NCBI GenBank assembly: GCA_048941285.1
Contig: JBHLNS010000042.1
Coordinates: 1-28,543 of the forward strand
From: Promethearchaeota archaeon
GTDB lineage: Archaea; Asgardarchaeota; Lokiarchaeia; Sigyniarchaeales; SOKP01
Length of the DNA: 28,543 bases
Direction: 5' to 3'
Shown here: positions 8,309 through 17,971 of the stretch, in pieces
How the letters are laid out: each line of letters begins with the position of its first letter
How positions within the stretch are numbered: position 1 is the first letter of the stretch
The notes under the pieces: generated by a model
Database searches by the model: none
Told to the model about the DNA's origin: nothing
Seen by the model: only the letters and a program-made list of their open reading frames with translations
Made by a program: the position numbers and the translations under genes

Positions 8309-8458
8309 TTAACGAACTTTAATTCGTTTAATTACATCTGGTCTTTTTTTATATAAAATACGAAATCCACAGTGAGAACATTTAATACCTGGAAGAGCAC
8401 TTAGTTCTTTTTTACTGACTTCCTTCCCACAACTCTTCCTAGCACACACATATCTCAT
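8309..8458 (-). CDS. rpo12: RNA polymerase subunit Rpo12 (RpoP), 49 aa; not in the ORF track
   Basis: Manual translation MRYVCARKSCGKEVSKKELSALPGIKCSHCGFRILYKKRPDVIKRIKVR*; C..CG.RILYK.R is diagnostic. Confidence 0.93.
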   Translation of the reverse strand: MRYVCARKSCGKEVSKKELSALPGIKCSHCGFRILYKKRPDVIKRIKVR

Positions 8459-8557
8459 ATTTAATTTAAATTAACCATAATTAAAATACTTTTTGCTTAA
8501 TTCTTTTAGGAAAAAAGAGTTTGCAATTAAGAAGAGACAATTATAGATTAAATTCCT

Positions 8558-9367
8558 TTAGATATATAATGACTTTCGTTTATCTTCCGTATCAATAATC
8601 TGTAGAGAATCAAGATCTTTTTCAAGTTGATCTCGTTTAATTTGAAGATTTTTAGTGATATCTTCAATATTTTCCAATGTATATTTCTTTTTGATCGGTA
8701 AGGTGAAGGATTTTTTAAGCATTTCTAAGAGTGTAATTGAAGCTTTTAAATCAGTGATATCTTCATTAATCATTGCAATGTTATCTGTTTCTGCTAAAAA
8801 GACTAGTCCATCAATATTAAATCGAGCTTTTGCCAACGTTGGAATCAAACCATTTGCACCAATGATCACTCCTTTTTGTATCTTTTGACAGTTACTTTCT
8901 TCCAAATAATGCGTTAATAACTCTTGATTCGTTGAACTGAGATAGATTTTTGGTATTTTGGCATCAATATTTCTACTACTAACTGGATATGCTCCTAGGG
9001 CAATTATTAATTTTATTCCATATTGATGGATAAGTTCAGTAAGAAAATTGGATATTTTATATATTCCCTTTGGAGTAAGACTTTGGGCATCAGCAGTTAT
9101 TAATATTAAATCTCTCAACTCATTTGGGTCTTTCCAATACAATATTTCTGCTTTAGGAGCAGACAATAAACTATCATCTACAATAGCTCCTGCAGGATAA
9201 TCATCAAAAATAATATCTACCAAATTTTGTGCATTAAGTTGACCGATAAGAGAATCTAAAGCAAATTTACCAACATCAGCAATTCCTGGCATTCCTAAAA
9301 TACATATTGGTCTTATAAAATCTTCTCTCTTCAAATTTACATGTTTTATAATTCTAATTCCTTCCAT
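8558..9367 (-). CDS. PAC2-family proteasome assembly chaperone
   Basis: GMPGIADVGK, LILITADAQ, IIALGAY, GVIIGANGL, LAET motifs. Confidence 0.88.
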   Translation of the reverse strand: MEGIRIIKHVNLKREDFIRPICILGMPGIADVGKFALDSLIGQLNAQNLVDIIFDDYPAGAIVDDSLLSAPKAEILYWKDPNELRDLILITADAQSLTPKGIYKISNFLTELIHQYGIKLIIALGAYPVSSRNIDAKIPKIYLSSTNQELLTHYLEESNCQKIQKGVIIGANGLIPTLAKARFNIDGLVFLAETDNIAMINEDITDLKASITLLEMLKKSFTLPIKKKYTLENIEDITKNLQIKRDQLEKDLDSLQIIDTEDKRKSLYI

Positions 9368-9546
9368 ATATTAAACCTTGTATGTTTAAAATTTTCCCTA
9401 ATAATAGGGTGAATTTATCAATTTAAAAACAATGTATTATCCTAGTAGACACAAGATTTATTGTAAAACTAATATAATCATATTATTGGAAAATTAAATT
9501 GATGAATAAATCTTATTTTCCTTGTTAAACTAAATTTCTTCTTAAG

Positions 9547-10140
9547 ATGTCGGAAAAATATAAGTGCAAAAAATGTGGTATATGTTGCCATGAGATTCCT
9601 GGAGATTATATAAAAAGGATTCCAATTTATCCAGATGAAGCAGATAATTTGATAGAAATAGCAAAAGAACGCAATGTTGAATTTAAAATTATTGAAGATT
9701 TAGTATTTCCAGATATTAAAAATAATAAAATATTGATTTTAACATATCGTATTAGATTAGATAACATAAATCAAGGATGCCCTTTTTATAGTGAACAAAT
9801 TGGATGTACTGTCCATGATTCTAAACCTTTAGCTTGTCAAGCATATCCTTTAGCACTCAAACGCGTTGATGCCTTTAATTTTGAGATATCAATTGATCCT
9901 CTCTGTAATTTTATCATCGAAAACTATAATGAATTATTAAATCTAGATTTACCAAAATTGAAAGATATATTTAAAGAAGAGTATCCTAAAGCGGAAAGAT
10001 TTTATCGGAAAAATAAGAAATTAATGCTTAAAATAAGAAAACTAGAAACTACAAAAAAAATATTAATACCACGTGAAATCAGTTTAGATGAATTTAATAC
10101 TTATTTACAAAAATGGGAGAGAGAAGAAATTGTTGTTTAA
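9547..10140 (+). CDS. YkgJ-family cysteine-cluster protein (CxxCxxCC)
   Basis: CKKCGICC, CPF, CTVH..KPLACQAYP. Confidence 0.88.
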   Translation: MSEKYKCKKCGICCHEIPGDYIKRIPIYPDEADNLIEIAKERNVEFKIIEDLVFPDIKNNKILILTYRIRLDNINQGCPFYSEQIGCTVHDSKPLACQAYPLALKRVDAFNFEISIDPLCNFIIENYNELLNLDLPKLKDIFKEEYPKAERFYRKNKKLMLKIRKLETTKKILIPREISLDEFNTYLQKWEREEIVV

Positions 10141-10157
10141 TAATTTCTAATTATTTT

Positions 10158-10556
10158 TTAGACTTTTAGTTTTAAATTACTTAAAAAATTCTTAAATTCA
10201 TCATCTTCTAATGATATTTGTTCAAATTTATTTAACGCTTCACTAATTATCTGCGCTAAAATGTGTTTACAAAATTGACGTTTTTTCTTAATAACAACAT
10301 TTTTATAAAAATCTTGACAGGAACAATATAATCTAGGATATATCAGGTGCTCTTGGTTTTCTCCTTTAGCGGCCCAAACAATCCTATTTGACGGTTTATA
10401 GGTATATCTTATTACTCCTCTCTTTAAGACATCTAATACATTTGTAGATTTATCAGGAAAAATAGTATCTAAGAAGGTGATGAATTCCTCATCAATTAAT
10501 TGTTTTCTCTGAGCTTTTTCAAAAACTTGAAATAATAAATCTTTTGACATTTGCAA
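10158..10556 (-). CDS. Stand-alone SWIM zinc-finger protein (Sws1/ZSWIM7-like)
   Basis: YCSCQDF...CKHILA SWIM motif in a 132 aa protein. Confidence 0.8.
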   Translation of the reverse strand: MQMSKDLLFQVFEKAQRKQLIDEEFITFLDTIFPDKSTNVLDVLKRGVIRYTYKPSNRIVWAAKGENQEHLIYPRLYCSCQDFYKNVVIKKKRQFCKHILAQIISEALNKFEQISLEDDEFKNFLSNLKLKV

Positions 10557-10602
10557 TGTAATATATTATTATAATTTATAAATAAAAAGGATCGTTAACT
10601 CC

Positions 10603-11904
10603 TTGAATCATATTTTATATCTTCCAACTAGATTTTTTCCTGCAATATCAGGTGCTGAACTATACTTCCAAAGAATGGCAGATATATTAACCACAAAATT
10701 TAATTATAAGATAGACATATTCACATCAAACGCAATAGATTTTAAAGCGCTAAGAAACTCGAGCGGTAAAATTCTTTCTCCTAATAATAAATATTTTGAT
10801 CAGGTAAATAATCTAAATGTTAAAAGATTTCCTGTAAACTATAAAACTTCTCCAATAGAGATGTTAAATACCTTAAAAACGATTCCTGCATATAATAAAT
10901 TAAATTTAAATGATGCTTCTCTTGAATTATTCATAAAAAATGGCCCCTATTTAAGTGATTTATTATCATTTTTGCTCAATAAACCAAATATAAATTATGA
11001 TTTAATTCACTCCACCTTTTTCCCATATTTCAATTGTATTATCAGTCTAATAATCGGAACTTTTATTAATAAGCCAGTGATATGCACTCCATTTTTTCAT
11101 TTTTCCAATCCTCGGTATTCTGACCCTAAAATGATAGATGTATTAAAAAAATTTGATCTGTTGATTGCTTGTACTCAACTTGAGAAAAATTACCTAATTA
11201 AAAAATGCGCCATCTCTCCCGAAAAAATTAAAGTAATTCCGATGGGAGTAGACTATTCAAAATTTAAAAATCCCCTAAAAGCATCTTCAGAGGGATATTC
11301 TTTTAAGCAGAAATTCTTTAACAAAAAAGAAAAAAAGTATAAATTGATTTTATTTTGTGGATATAAAAATTATGAAAAGGGGGCGATATCAATTCTAAAA
11401 GCAATACCAAACATTCTTAAAAAAATCAGTAAGGTATATTTTGTGTTTATTGGTCCATCAACAATTGCTTTTAATCAGGAGTTGTCTAAAGTCTCTAAAC
11501 TTGAGAAAGCTAGGATCATCAATTTCACCCCTGATAATCTAACTGGATATTTTGATAAAAAAAAAATAAGCGCATTTAAAGAAGCAGATATTTATCTTAT
11601 GCCTAGTCGAAGTGATGCATTTGGGATTTCCTTTCTGGAAGCTTGGTCTGCAGGAATACCAGTTGTAGGAGCTAGGATTGGCGCCACTCCTGAGGTAATT
11701 AGAGAAAATATTGATGGGTTATTAGTCGAATTTGATAATCCACAGGATATTGCTAAAAAAATTATTTTTTTACTAAAGAATAAACGCATAAGAAAAAAGT
11801 ACGGATCTGCTGGACAAATAAAAGTATACAAAAAATTTACGTGGGATATTATCTCTAAAGAAACGCATTACACATATCAAAATTTAATAAAAAAATATAA
11901 TTGA
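10603..11904 (+). CDS. Glycosyltransferase family 4
   Basis: FFPAISGAE, VIPMGVD, MPSRSDAFGISFLEAWSAGIPVVG, DGLLV; TTG start. Confidence 0.92.
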   Translation: MNHILYLPTRFFPAISGAELYFQRMADILTTKFNYKIDIFTSNAIDFKALRNSSGKILSPNNKYFDQVNNLNVKRFPVNYKTSPIEMLNTLKTIPAYNKLNLNDASLELFIKNGPYLSDLLSFLLNKPNINYDLIHSTFFPYFNCIISLIIGTFINKPVICTPFFHFSNPRYSDPKMIDVLKKFDLLIACTQLEKNYLIKKCAISPEKIKVIPMGVDYSKFKNPLKASSEGYSFKQKFFNKKEKKYKLILFCGYKNYEKGAISILKAIPNILKKISKVYFVFIGPSTIAFNQELSKVSKLEKARIINFTPDNLTGYFDKKKISAFKEADIYLMPSRSDAFGISFLEAWSAGIPVVGARIGATPEVIRENIDGLLVEFDNPQDIAKKIIFLLKNKRIRKKYGSAGQIKVYKKFTWDIISKETHYTYQNLIKKYN

Positions 11905-11911
11905 TAATAAT

Positions 11912-13132
11912 ATGAGAGTTATATCTGGAAATCCTTATCTAACCAAAGATGGTGATAATATTTATCTTGATGATATCCCTCTAAATGAAATTATTAAGAA
12001 ATTTAAAACTCCACTGCTAATATTCTTGGAAAATAGGATTAGGAGTAATATAAGAACTTTTAATGAAATATTTAATTTAGAATTCGATAATTTTGAATGT
12101 TATTATTCATTCAAGGCGAATTTTCTTCCTGAAATTTGTGAAATTGTCCTTTCTGAAGGAATCGGAGCAGAAATTGTAGGATTACCAGAATTAAAGTTAG
12201 CTCTCAAGCTTGGCTTTCCCTCTAATAAAATAATAGTTGGGGGTCCATACTTATCAAAAAAATTAATAGAATTAAGCATCGAAAATAAAATAAAAGAAAT
12301 AATAATTTATGACCTAAAAGATTTACAAAAAGTTAATTTAATTGCTCAAAAGCATAATTATGTTCAAAATATTTGTATTCGAGTGAATTCTCAAAAATAT
12401 GATAGTAAATTAGGTGTTAAATTGGATGAAAAGAAAATATTAGAGTTTGAAAAAGCATATAAAAATTATCAAAATATCCATATTACAACAATTTTATCTC
12501 ATTTTGGAACGCAAATGAATAATATCAACCAGTTTAAACAAAATATATCTTCAATAGCATACAATATAAAATATCTCTCAGATTATGGAATTACTATTGA
12601 TAATATTAATCTTGGAGGGGGATTTCCAGAAGCAGTTATTATGCAACCAAATCAATTAAAATATATTGCTAATGAAATAAGATCTACTTTGAATACTTTA
12701 CACATAAATTATAAACATATCTATTTTGAACCCGGAAGATACTTTGTTGGAGATTCCGGTATATTAATTTCAAAAATAGTAAAAACAGGTGACGATAGGT
12801 GGATTTTCTTAAACATTGGGAATCATATTTGCCCAAAATTTGCACGGTGTTCTTTAAGATTTTATAATGCTTCAAAGATAAGTAAACCACATAAATACAA
12901 AACTTCTATTGCCGGTATAATTCCAACAGATCAAGATGTATTAGCAAAAGACTATTTTTTCACTGAAAGTTTACATGAAGGTGATAAAGTCCTTGTTACT
13001 AATACAGGTGCTTACTGTTTAACTTTTTCAAATAGATTTCCATATTTGTTACCGAAAATACTTCTGATTAACAAAAATAGTCTAAAGGAAATCTTCAATC
13101 CGGATATTGATGGAGACTTTTCATTAAATTGA
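11912..13132 (+). CDS. PLP-dependent fold-III decarboxylase (diaminopimelate decarboxylase-like)
   Basis: YSFKAN (PLP Lys), SKLG, HFGTQ, NLGGGF, EPGRY, GAY; the usual Cys motif reads GIIPTDQD, so substrate uncertain. Confidence 0.82.
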   Translation: MRVISGNPYLTKDGDNIYLDDIPLNEIIKKFKTPLLIFLENRIRSNIRTFNEIFNLEFDNFECYYSFKANFLPEICEIVLSEGIGAEIVGLPELKLALKLGFPSNKIIVGGPYLSKKLIELSIENKIKEIIIYDLKDLQKVNLIAQKHNYVQNICIRVNSQKYDSKLGVKLDEKKILEFEKAYKNYQNIHITTILSHFGTQMNNINQFKQNISSIAYNIKYLSDYGITIDNINLGGGFPEAVIMQPNQLKYIANEIRSTLNTLHINYKHIYFEPGRYFVGDSGILISKIVKTGDDRWIFLNIGNHICPKFARCSLRFYNASKISKPHKYKTSIAGIIPTDQDVLAKDYFFTESLHEGDKVLVTNTGAYCLTFSNRFPYLLPKILLINKNSLKEIFNPDIDGDFSLN

Positions 13133-13234
13133 GTCCCCAAAAAAAATGACCACCTTGCATAAATAATATTGCGATATTACATTAATTCTAATTTTTTCAA
13201 TTCAATTCTTTGTACAAATTAAATTAAAATTTGG

Positions 13235-14350
13235 TTGATTATGGAATCATTTATAAAAAATGCCCGTAAAAGAGAAATAACACACAGTCAGATTGAAAGC
13301 TTCGGTTATGCTAATATTAAGATTATTGGATGTGGCGGCGCTGGGAATAATACTATTAATAGATTGATGAAAATAGGAATTAGAGGAGCAAAATGTGTTG
13401 CAGTCAATACAGATTGTCAACATTTAGATAGTGTCGAATCTCACTTTAAAATATTAATTGGAAAAAATTTAACCAAAGGTCTCGGAGCCGGGGGAAATCC
13501 AGAAATTGGGAGAGCCGCGGCTGAAGAATCTCGAGAAGATTTGACTAAAATTCTAAGAGAATCAAATTTAGTATTCATAACTTGCGGAGAAGGAGGGGGA
13601 ACAGGTACAGGAAGTGCCCCTATTATAGCAGAAATTGCAAAACTAGAAGGAGCAATCGTGGTAGGAGTTGTGACATTGCCATTTGATACTGAAATAGGGC
13701 GTATCGATAAAGCTAAGATGGGATTAAATCTGTTGAAACGTTATGTGGATACTTTAGTAGTAATAGATAACAATAGATTATTAGAAATCGCCCCAAATTT
13801 ACCTATTATTGAAGCTTTCAGCGTAGCGGATGAAGTTTTAGCTACTATGGTTAAGGGAATTACAGAAACGATTTCATTGCCTTCATTAATCAATTTAGAT
13901 TTCGCAGATGTAAGAACAATTTTGAGCACTGGAGGGGTTGCTATTGTTGGAGTTGGAGAATCTAGTGGTAAAGAAGGAAGAGTTGAAGATGCTATTAATG
14001 ATGCGCTTAATACACCTTTATTAGATGTAAGTATTGATGGTGCTAAAGGCGCTTTAATTCATATTTGTGGAGGAAACGACATGACATTAGCAGAAGCAAA
14101 TTCAGTGGCTAAAAGAATTTCAGAAAAAATGGATGTAAATGATTCAATGGTAATTTGGGGTGCTCGAGTCTCAGATGAATTCGATGGACTTTTAAGAGTT
14201 ATGCTCTTAATAACTGGAATCAAATCTCCTCAGATCTTTGGAAGTGGTTATTCCTTCAATAAATCTCTTTATAATACTAATGCTAAAAAGCCTTCAAAAA
14301 TTGGGTTGTCTGATGATATTTTTAATATAGGCGAAATTTCCTTTGATTAA
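13235..14350 (+). CDS. ftsZ: Cell division protein FtsZ (FtsZ2-like)
   Basis: GCGGAGNN, AVNTD, GLGAGGNP, GEGGGTGTG, DNNRLL, PSLINLDFAD; start may be the ATG two codons in. Confidence 0.96.
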   Translation: MIMESFIKNARKREITHSQIESFGYANIKIIGCGGAGNNTINRLMKIGIRGAKCVAVNTDCQHLDSVESHFKILIGKNLTKGLGAGGNPEIGRAAAEESREDLTKILRESNLVFITCGEGGGTGTGSAPIIAEIAKLEGAIVVGVVTLPFDTEIGRIDKAKMGLNLLKRYVDTLVVIDNNRLLEIAPNLPIIEAFSVADEVLATMVKGITETISLPSLINLDFADVRTILSTGGVAIVGVGESSGKEGRVEDAINDALNTPLLDVSIDGAKGALIHICGGNDMTLAEANSVAKRISEKMDVNDSMVIWGARVSDEFDGLLRVMLLITGIKSPQIFGSGYSFNKSLYNTNAKKPSKIGLSDDIFNIGEISFD

Positions 14351-14396
14351 CATAATTTTCCTCCTCCTTTTTATATCTCTGCATATATAATTTTAT

Positions 14397-14765
14397 ATGA
14401 AAAATAGTTTTTCTTCTGATACTCAAGCAGAGATTAATAAAATACTAAAAAAAATTCAGATTTGGAAAAATCTCTTCGAATTTAAGATTGAGTTATATTT
14501 TAATGGTTGGGCGATTTCTTTAAGAGAAACGAATCTTTATCCTCGGTACATAATTATTTTTAAATCTTATGATACTAATTCGTATTCAATAAAAAGTTTT
14601 GAAGTCCATCTTAAAAATTATCAAAAAGAAGAATATAAAGAATTATATTCAAATGACCACATAAGAGATACGAATTCAATGCTGGAAGAATTAAAAGAAA
14701 TCATATACGGGAAAGATTTAATGGACCAAGTATCAAAAATTTATAAAAATGCATTTCTAAGTTAA
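14397..14765 (+). CDS. Hypothetical protein
   Basis: 122 aa ORF filling the gap between ftsZ and the convergent KH gene; no recognised motif. Confidence 0.65.
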   Translation: MKNSFSSDTQAEINKILKKIQIWKNLFEFKIELYFNGWAISLRETNLYPRYIIIFKSYDTNSYSIKSFEVHLKNYQKEEYKELYSNDHIRDTNSMLEELKEIIYGKDLMDQVSKIYKNAFLS

Positions 14766-14768
14766 TTA

Positions 14769-15326
14769 TTAAAATTCAGGTTTATACATTTGTTTAAATT
14801 GTTCTTTTTTCTTTTCGCTGTATTTATCTTCGAGAAATTTCAAAACTACGTGATGTGGCATTCCATTTATTAACATACTTACTGCTTTTCTAGCAATTTG
14901 TAAATTATCATAATCTGCAATAATAGAGACTGTTTTACCGTAGACAGAGATGAAACTCTCGGCGTATTTTTCAATGGCTTTTCGTATCTCTCCATTTCTA
15001 CCAATGATTCGTCCTTTTACACGTTTAATTCTTTTATCAGATTTCCCAACAATTTGTAAAAGATTAAAAATCTCGAGGTCAACATCATCCTCTAGTAACT
15101 TCATAGCCTTTATTGGATTAAACCCTCGATTTATAGCGTTAACGATCTTTTCTGCTGTGAAAGTATTTAAAGGCATATAGTTTGGGTCTTCTGGATTTGC
15201 TAGTATTTCACAAAACCCTGTTTTACTATCTAAATTAATTCTAACCCCTAATTTATTTTCAACGTCTCTTTTTATTTCTCCATCTTTCCCTATCACAACA
15301 GCAATACGATTTTTTCCAATTTTCAT
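14769..15326 (-). CDS. dim2: KH-domain pre-rRNA processing protein (Dim2/Pno1)
   Basis: RIAVVIGKDG, AINRGF.P..A..L, RVKGRIIGRNG, G.PH..V. Confidence 0.93.
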   Translation of the reverse strand: MKIGKNRIAVVIGKDGEIKRDVENKLGVRINLDSKTGFCEILANPEDPNYMPLNTFTAEKIVNAINRGFNPIKAMKLLEDDVDLEIFNLLQIVGKSDKRIKRVKGRIIGRNGEIRKAIEKYAESFISVYGKTVSIIADYDNLQIARKAVSMLINGMPHHVVLKFLEDKYSEKKKEQFKQMYKPEF

Positions 15327-15363
15327 TATTTCTAATTATTTATTTTTCAATTTTTTTAATTTA

Positions 15364-16212
15364 TTATTTTTCAATATTTATAACTTTATAATAAAAATCT
15401 TCAGGATCTGGTGTGTCTATCCCTAATCTTTCAAAGTATTTAAAAATATTTTTTATATCTCGCACTAAAAATACTTCTGCTTTTGGATGGTGGATTGATA
15501 CAGCTTGAGAAATATCAATTATAACTGGTTTTTGATTATGATATAAAATATTAAATTCACTAAGATCTCCATGAACTAATTTGGCATCTTGATAGAGTTT
15601 TTTTATAAACGTTAGCAACTCATTCATAAGATTAATTGGTTCTTTTGGTGTTTTTATATCCTTTAAAACAGGGGCAGGAATGGATTCAAATCCGATATAT
15701 TCCATGATCAAAATATTATCTTTAATTAATATGGGCTTTGGGACACTTAAACCAACTTTGTATGCTCGTTTAAGATTTTTAAACTCTTTACTTGCCCATA
15801 AAAAAATAATCTTAGATATATTTCGAGGAATATTATTAAATCTAGGATCTCCGATGATATAATTCCTCATCCATTTTGATGTATTACTATCAATCTTATA
15901 TATTTTAATAGCAACTTCATTTCCTTGTAAATCATATCCCAAATAAATATTTGCTTCTTTTCCAGCCGATATTATTCCTTCCACTCTATCCAAGGGACCG
16001 TTAACTAATAGCCTATTTAGGGAAAAAACTGTCCTTTCATCAAAAACAGATTCTATCGCTGCACGTTTTTTTGATTGATCAGTTTTCTTTATTCTCTTAA
16101 TATCTATCTTTTTTTTCTGTAAGTCATCAATATTTGTGTCGAAATCTTTATCAATATCATCATCGAATGTATTTTCAAACTCTTCATCAGAATCTTTATT
16201 GTCCTCCCCCAA
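15364..16212 (-). CDS. rio1: Serine protein kinase RIO1
   Basis: ISAGKEANIY, AIKIY, YIIGDPRF, WASKEFKNL, LVHGDLSEFNIL, IDISQAV; TTG start, acidic N-terminus. Confidence 0.95.
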   Translation of the reverse strand: MGEDNKDSDEEFENTFDDDIDKDFDTNIDDLQKKKIDIKRIKKTDQSKKRAAIESVFDERTVFSLNRLLVNGPLDRVEGIISAGKEANIYLGYDLQGNEVAIKIYKIDSNTSKWMRNYIIGDPRFNNIPRNISKIIFLWASKEFKNLKRAYKVGLSVPKPILIKDNILIMEYIGFESIPAPVLKDIKTPKEPINLMNELLTFIKKLYQDAKLVHGDLSEFNILYHNQKPVIIDISQAVSIHHPKAEVFLVRDIKNIFKYFERLGIDTPDPEDFYYKVINIEK

Positions 16213-16223
16213 AGCTCTTCCCT

Positions 16224-17138
16224 CTACTCTTTTTTTTTTGTTAATTTTTCATTAAAGAAATAGGAATAATCTTTTATCAATTTAGTGTTATCATCATTCC
16301 GGATTATAACTTTATTTTTAGTTATATTCTCAACTCTAAAATTTTGATCTTCAATTGAAAAGATATCATTTATGCTTACTGGTAAAAACTTTACCAATGA
16401 TTTAAAGCGATAAAGATTTTTACCTCTCTGAATATCCCTTCCTACTAATTTTTTTGTTCTCTTAAATAAAAAATGATATTTTGCTTTTAGAAACTTAATT
16501 AAGTAATTCATTAACTCATTTGTACTAAGATATAAATCTACTCCATATTTTTGATCTTCGATCTTTGATATATATTGCCTATGATCTTTTTCAAATAAGC
16601 TCTCTACATATTCGTTAATTTCATCTAAAGCTTTACTAATTATATTAAATTGACCTTCATCCTTAACTCTTAACTGAATAATAGAAAGATAATAAGTTCC
16701 TCCTCTTAAATTAGTACAATTTTTGCATAAACCATAGTTTAGATTTACTTTTATTTTCTGGGTGTGTTCTATACTTAAATCCTTCACTAAACTACCATGT
16801 ATTAACACTTCAAGTGATATTAACAAATCTTTTGATGAAAAGCGAAAGCTATCTTCATCAAATGAAATTGAAAAATCAATTAAATTTTCTTTTGAAAGAG
16901 ATTTTAAAACGTATCTCTGAAGTGCTTGTTCAATAATGAAATATATTTCATTTATTTCTACTTCAATCCACATGTCCTTCTTAGAAAAACTCCCACAATC
17001 AAGACAGACGTTCAATGAAAACCTATCCGGTAACTCAAATAATGGATTTTCCTTTAAATAACACTTAAGACACATTCCATAATGAGGATCAGATTCTCCT
17101 ATGAGTTTTCCACAAATAGCACAAAATCGGTTAGGCAT
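16224..17138 (-). CDS. nmd3: NMD3-family ribosome maturation protein
   Basis: Four CxxC pairs, YY.SIIQLR, GVDLY, KLVGRD...GK.LYR. Confidence 0.92.
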   Translation of the reverse strand: MPNRFCAICGKLIGESDPHYGMCLKCYLKENPLFELPDRFSLNVCLDCGSFSKKDMWIEVEINEIYFIIEQALQRYVLKSLSKENLIDFSISFDEDSFRFSSKDLLISLEVLIHGSLVKDLSIEHTQKIKVNLNYGLCKNCTNLRGGTYYLSIIQLRVKDEGQFNIISKALDEINEYVESLFEKDHRQYISKIEDQKYGVDLYLSTNELMNYLIKFLKAKYHFLFKRTKKLVGRDIQRGKNLYRFKSLVKFLPVSINDIFSIEDQNFRVENITKNKVIIRNDDNTKLIKDYSYFFNEKLTKKKE

Positions 17139-17443
17139 TAAAACATCATCTTTAAAGCCATGGGAACACCATTTATAGATCTTACACCTTCTAGAGAGAT
17201 TAATTTACAAGCAATTGCCTTATTTATAATGTTTTCTCCAACTATGTTGAAATAAGCAGCTTGTTTTAATACTGAAATCGCATCTTCAAGATTTATTAAC
17301 TTTCCACCAAAAAATTGGTTTGAAATCTCAATTCTTAGATTCCCCTCCTTATAAACTTGATTGAGTAATTCCTCATCACAACAAGCTATTGTTTCAATTT
17401 CTCCCCTTATATGAATCTTTAAGTATACTTTTATCGAATTCAT
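17138..17443 (-). CDS. DUF424-family protein
   Basis: IACCDEELL, FFGG, NIVGE, GVP.A motifs; ATG at 17443 preferred over the track's 17491 start, which overlaps aIF2-beta. Confidence 0.87.
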   Translation of the reverse strand: MNSIKVYLKIHIRGEIETIACCDEELLNQVYKEGNLRIEISNQFFGGKLINLEDAISVLKQAAYFNIVGENIINKAIACKLISLEGVRSINGVPMALKMMF

Positions 17444-17459
17444 CCTATCAATGATTTTT

Positions 17460-17888
17460 TTATTTTTCTTTAATTTCTTCCCTTGCTCCACACGCTGTAC
17501 ATTTTAAATAAAGCTTTTTACCCTCCCTTTGGATTTGAGTATCTGGCTTATTACAAATATTACACAAAACGTAAGTTTTTGTATAATTTTCAATTAATCG
17601 ATTTAAAACTTGTTCCTTATATTGCCCTTTTAGAAATAATTGTTGTCCTCTAATTTCCCCCATCGTTCCTGCCTTTTTCAGGAATATACCAATAAAATGC
17701 TTTTTATCTCTATTAAGGGTACTAATTATTTTATTAAAATTGGTAATGAAGGTATTTCTACTTTCAATACGTATTTCTGCTTTTGGTATTTCAAATCTAG
17801 ATAATTGTTTTACATTATCGGGAATCTTTTCATAAGCTTTATCTAACAATTCTTCATAATTATTTAAATCCATAATTATATTCCCCAT
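17460..17888 (-). CDS. eif2b: Translation initiation factor 2 subunit beta (aIF2-beta)
   Basis: YEELLDKAY, RFEIP, ITNF, YVLC.IC.KPDT, C.ACGA. Confidence 0.95.
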   Translation of the reverse strand: MGNIIMDLNNYEELLDKAYEKIPDNVKQLSRFEIPKAEIRIESRNTFITNFNKIISTLNRDKKHFIGIFLKKAGTMGEIRGQQLFLKGQYKEQVLNRLIENYTKTYVLCNICNKPDTQIQREGKKLYLKCTACGAREEIKEK

Positions 17889-17971
17889 TTATTTAATTTA
17901 TAAAAATGTAATCAACCATAAGAAAAATAGTTTATCTTTATAATCGAAAAAATTCGAAATACAAGAGCATA

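Noticed and set aside
17444-17491. N-terminal extension of DUF424 given by the ORF track
   Set aside because: Overlaps the aIF2-beta 3' end; ATG at 17443 gives a typical-length protein.
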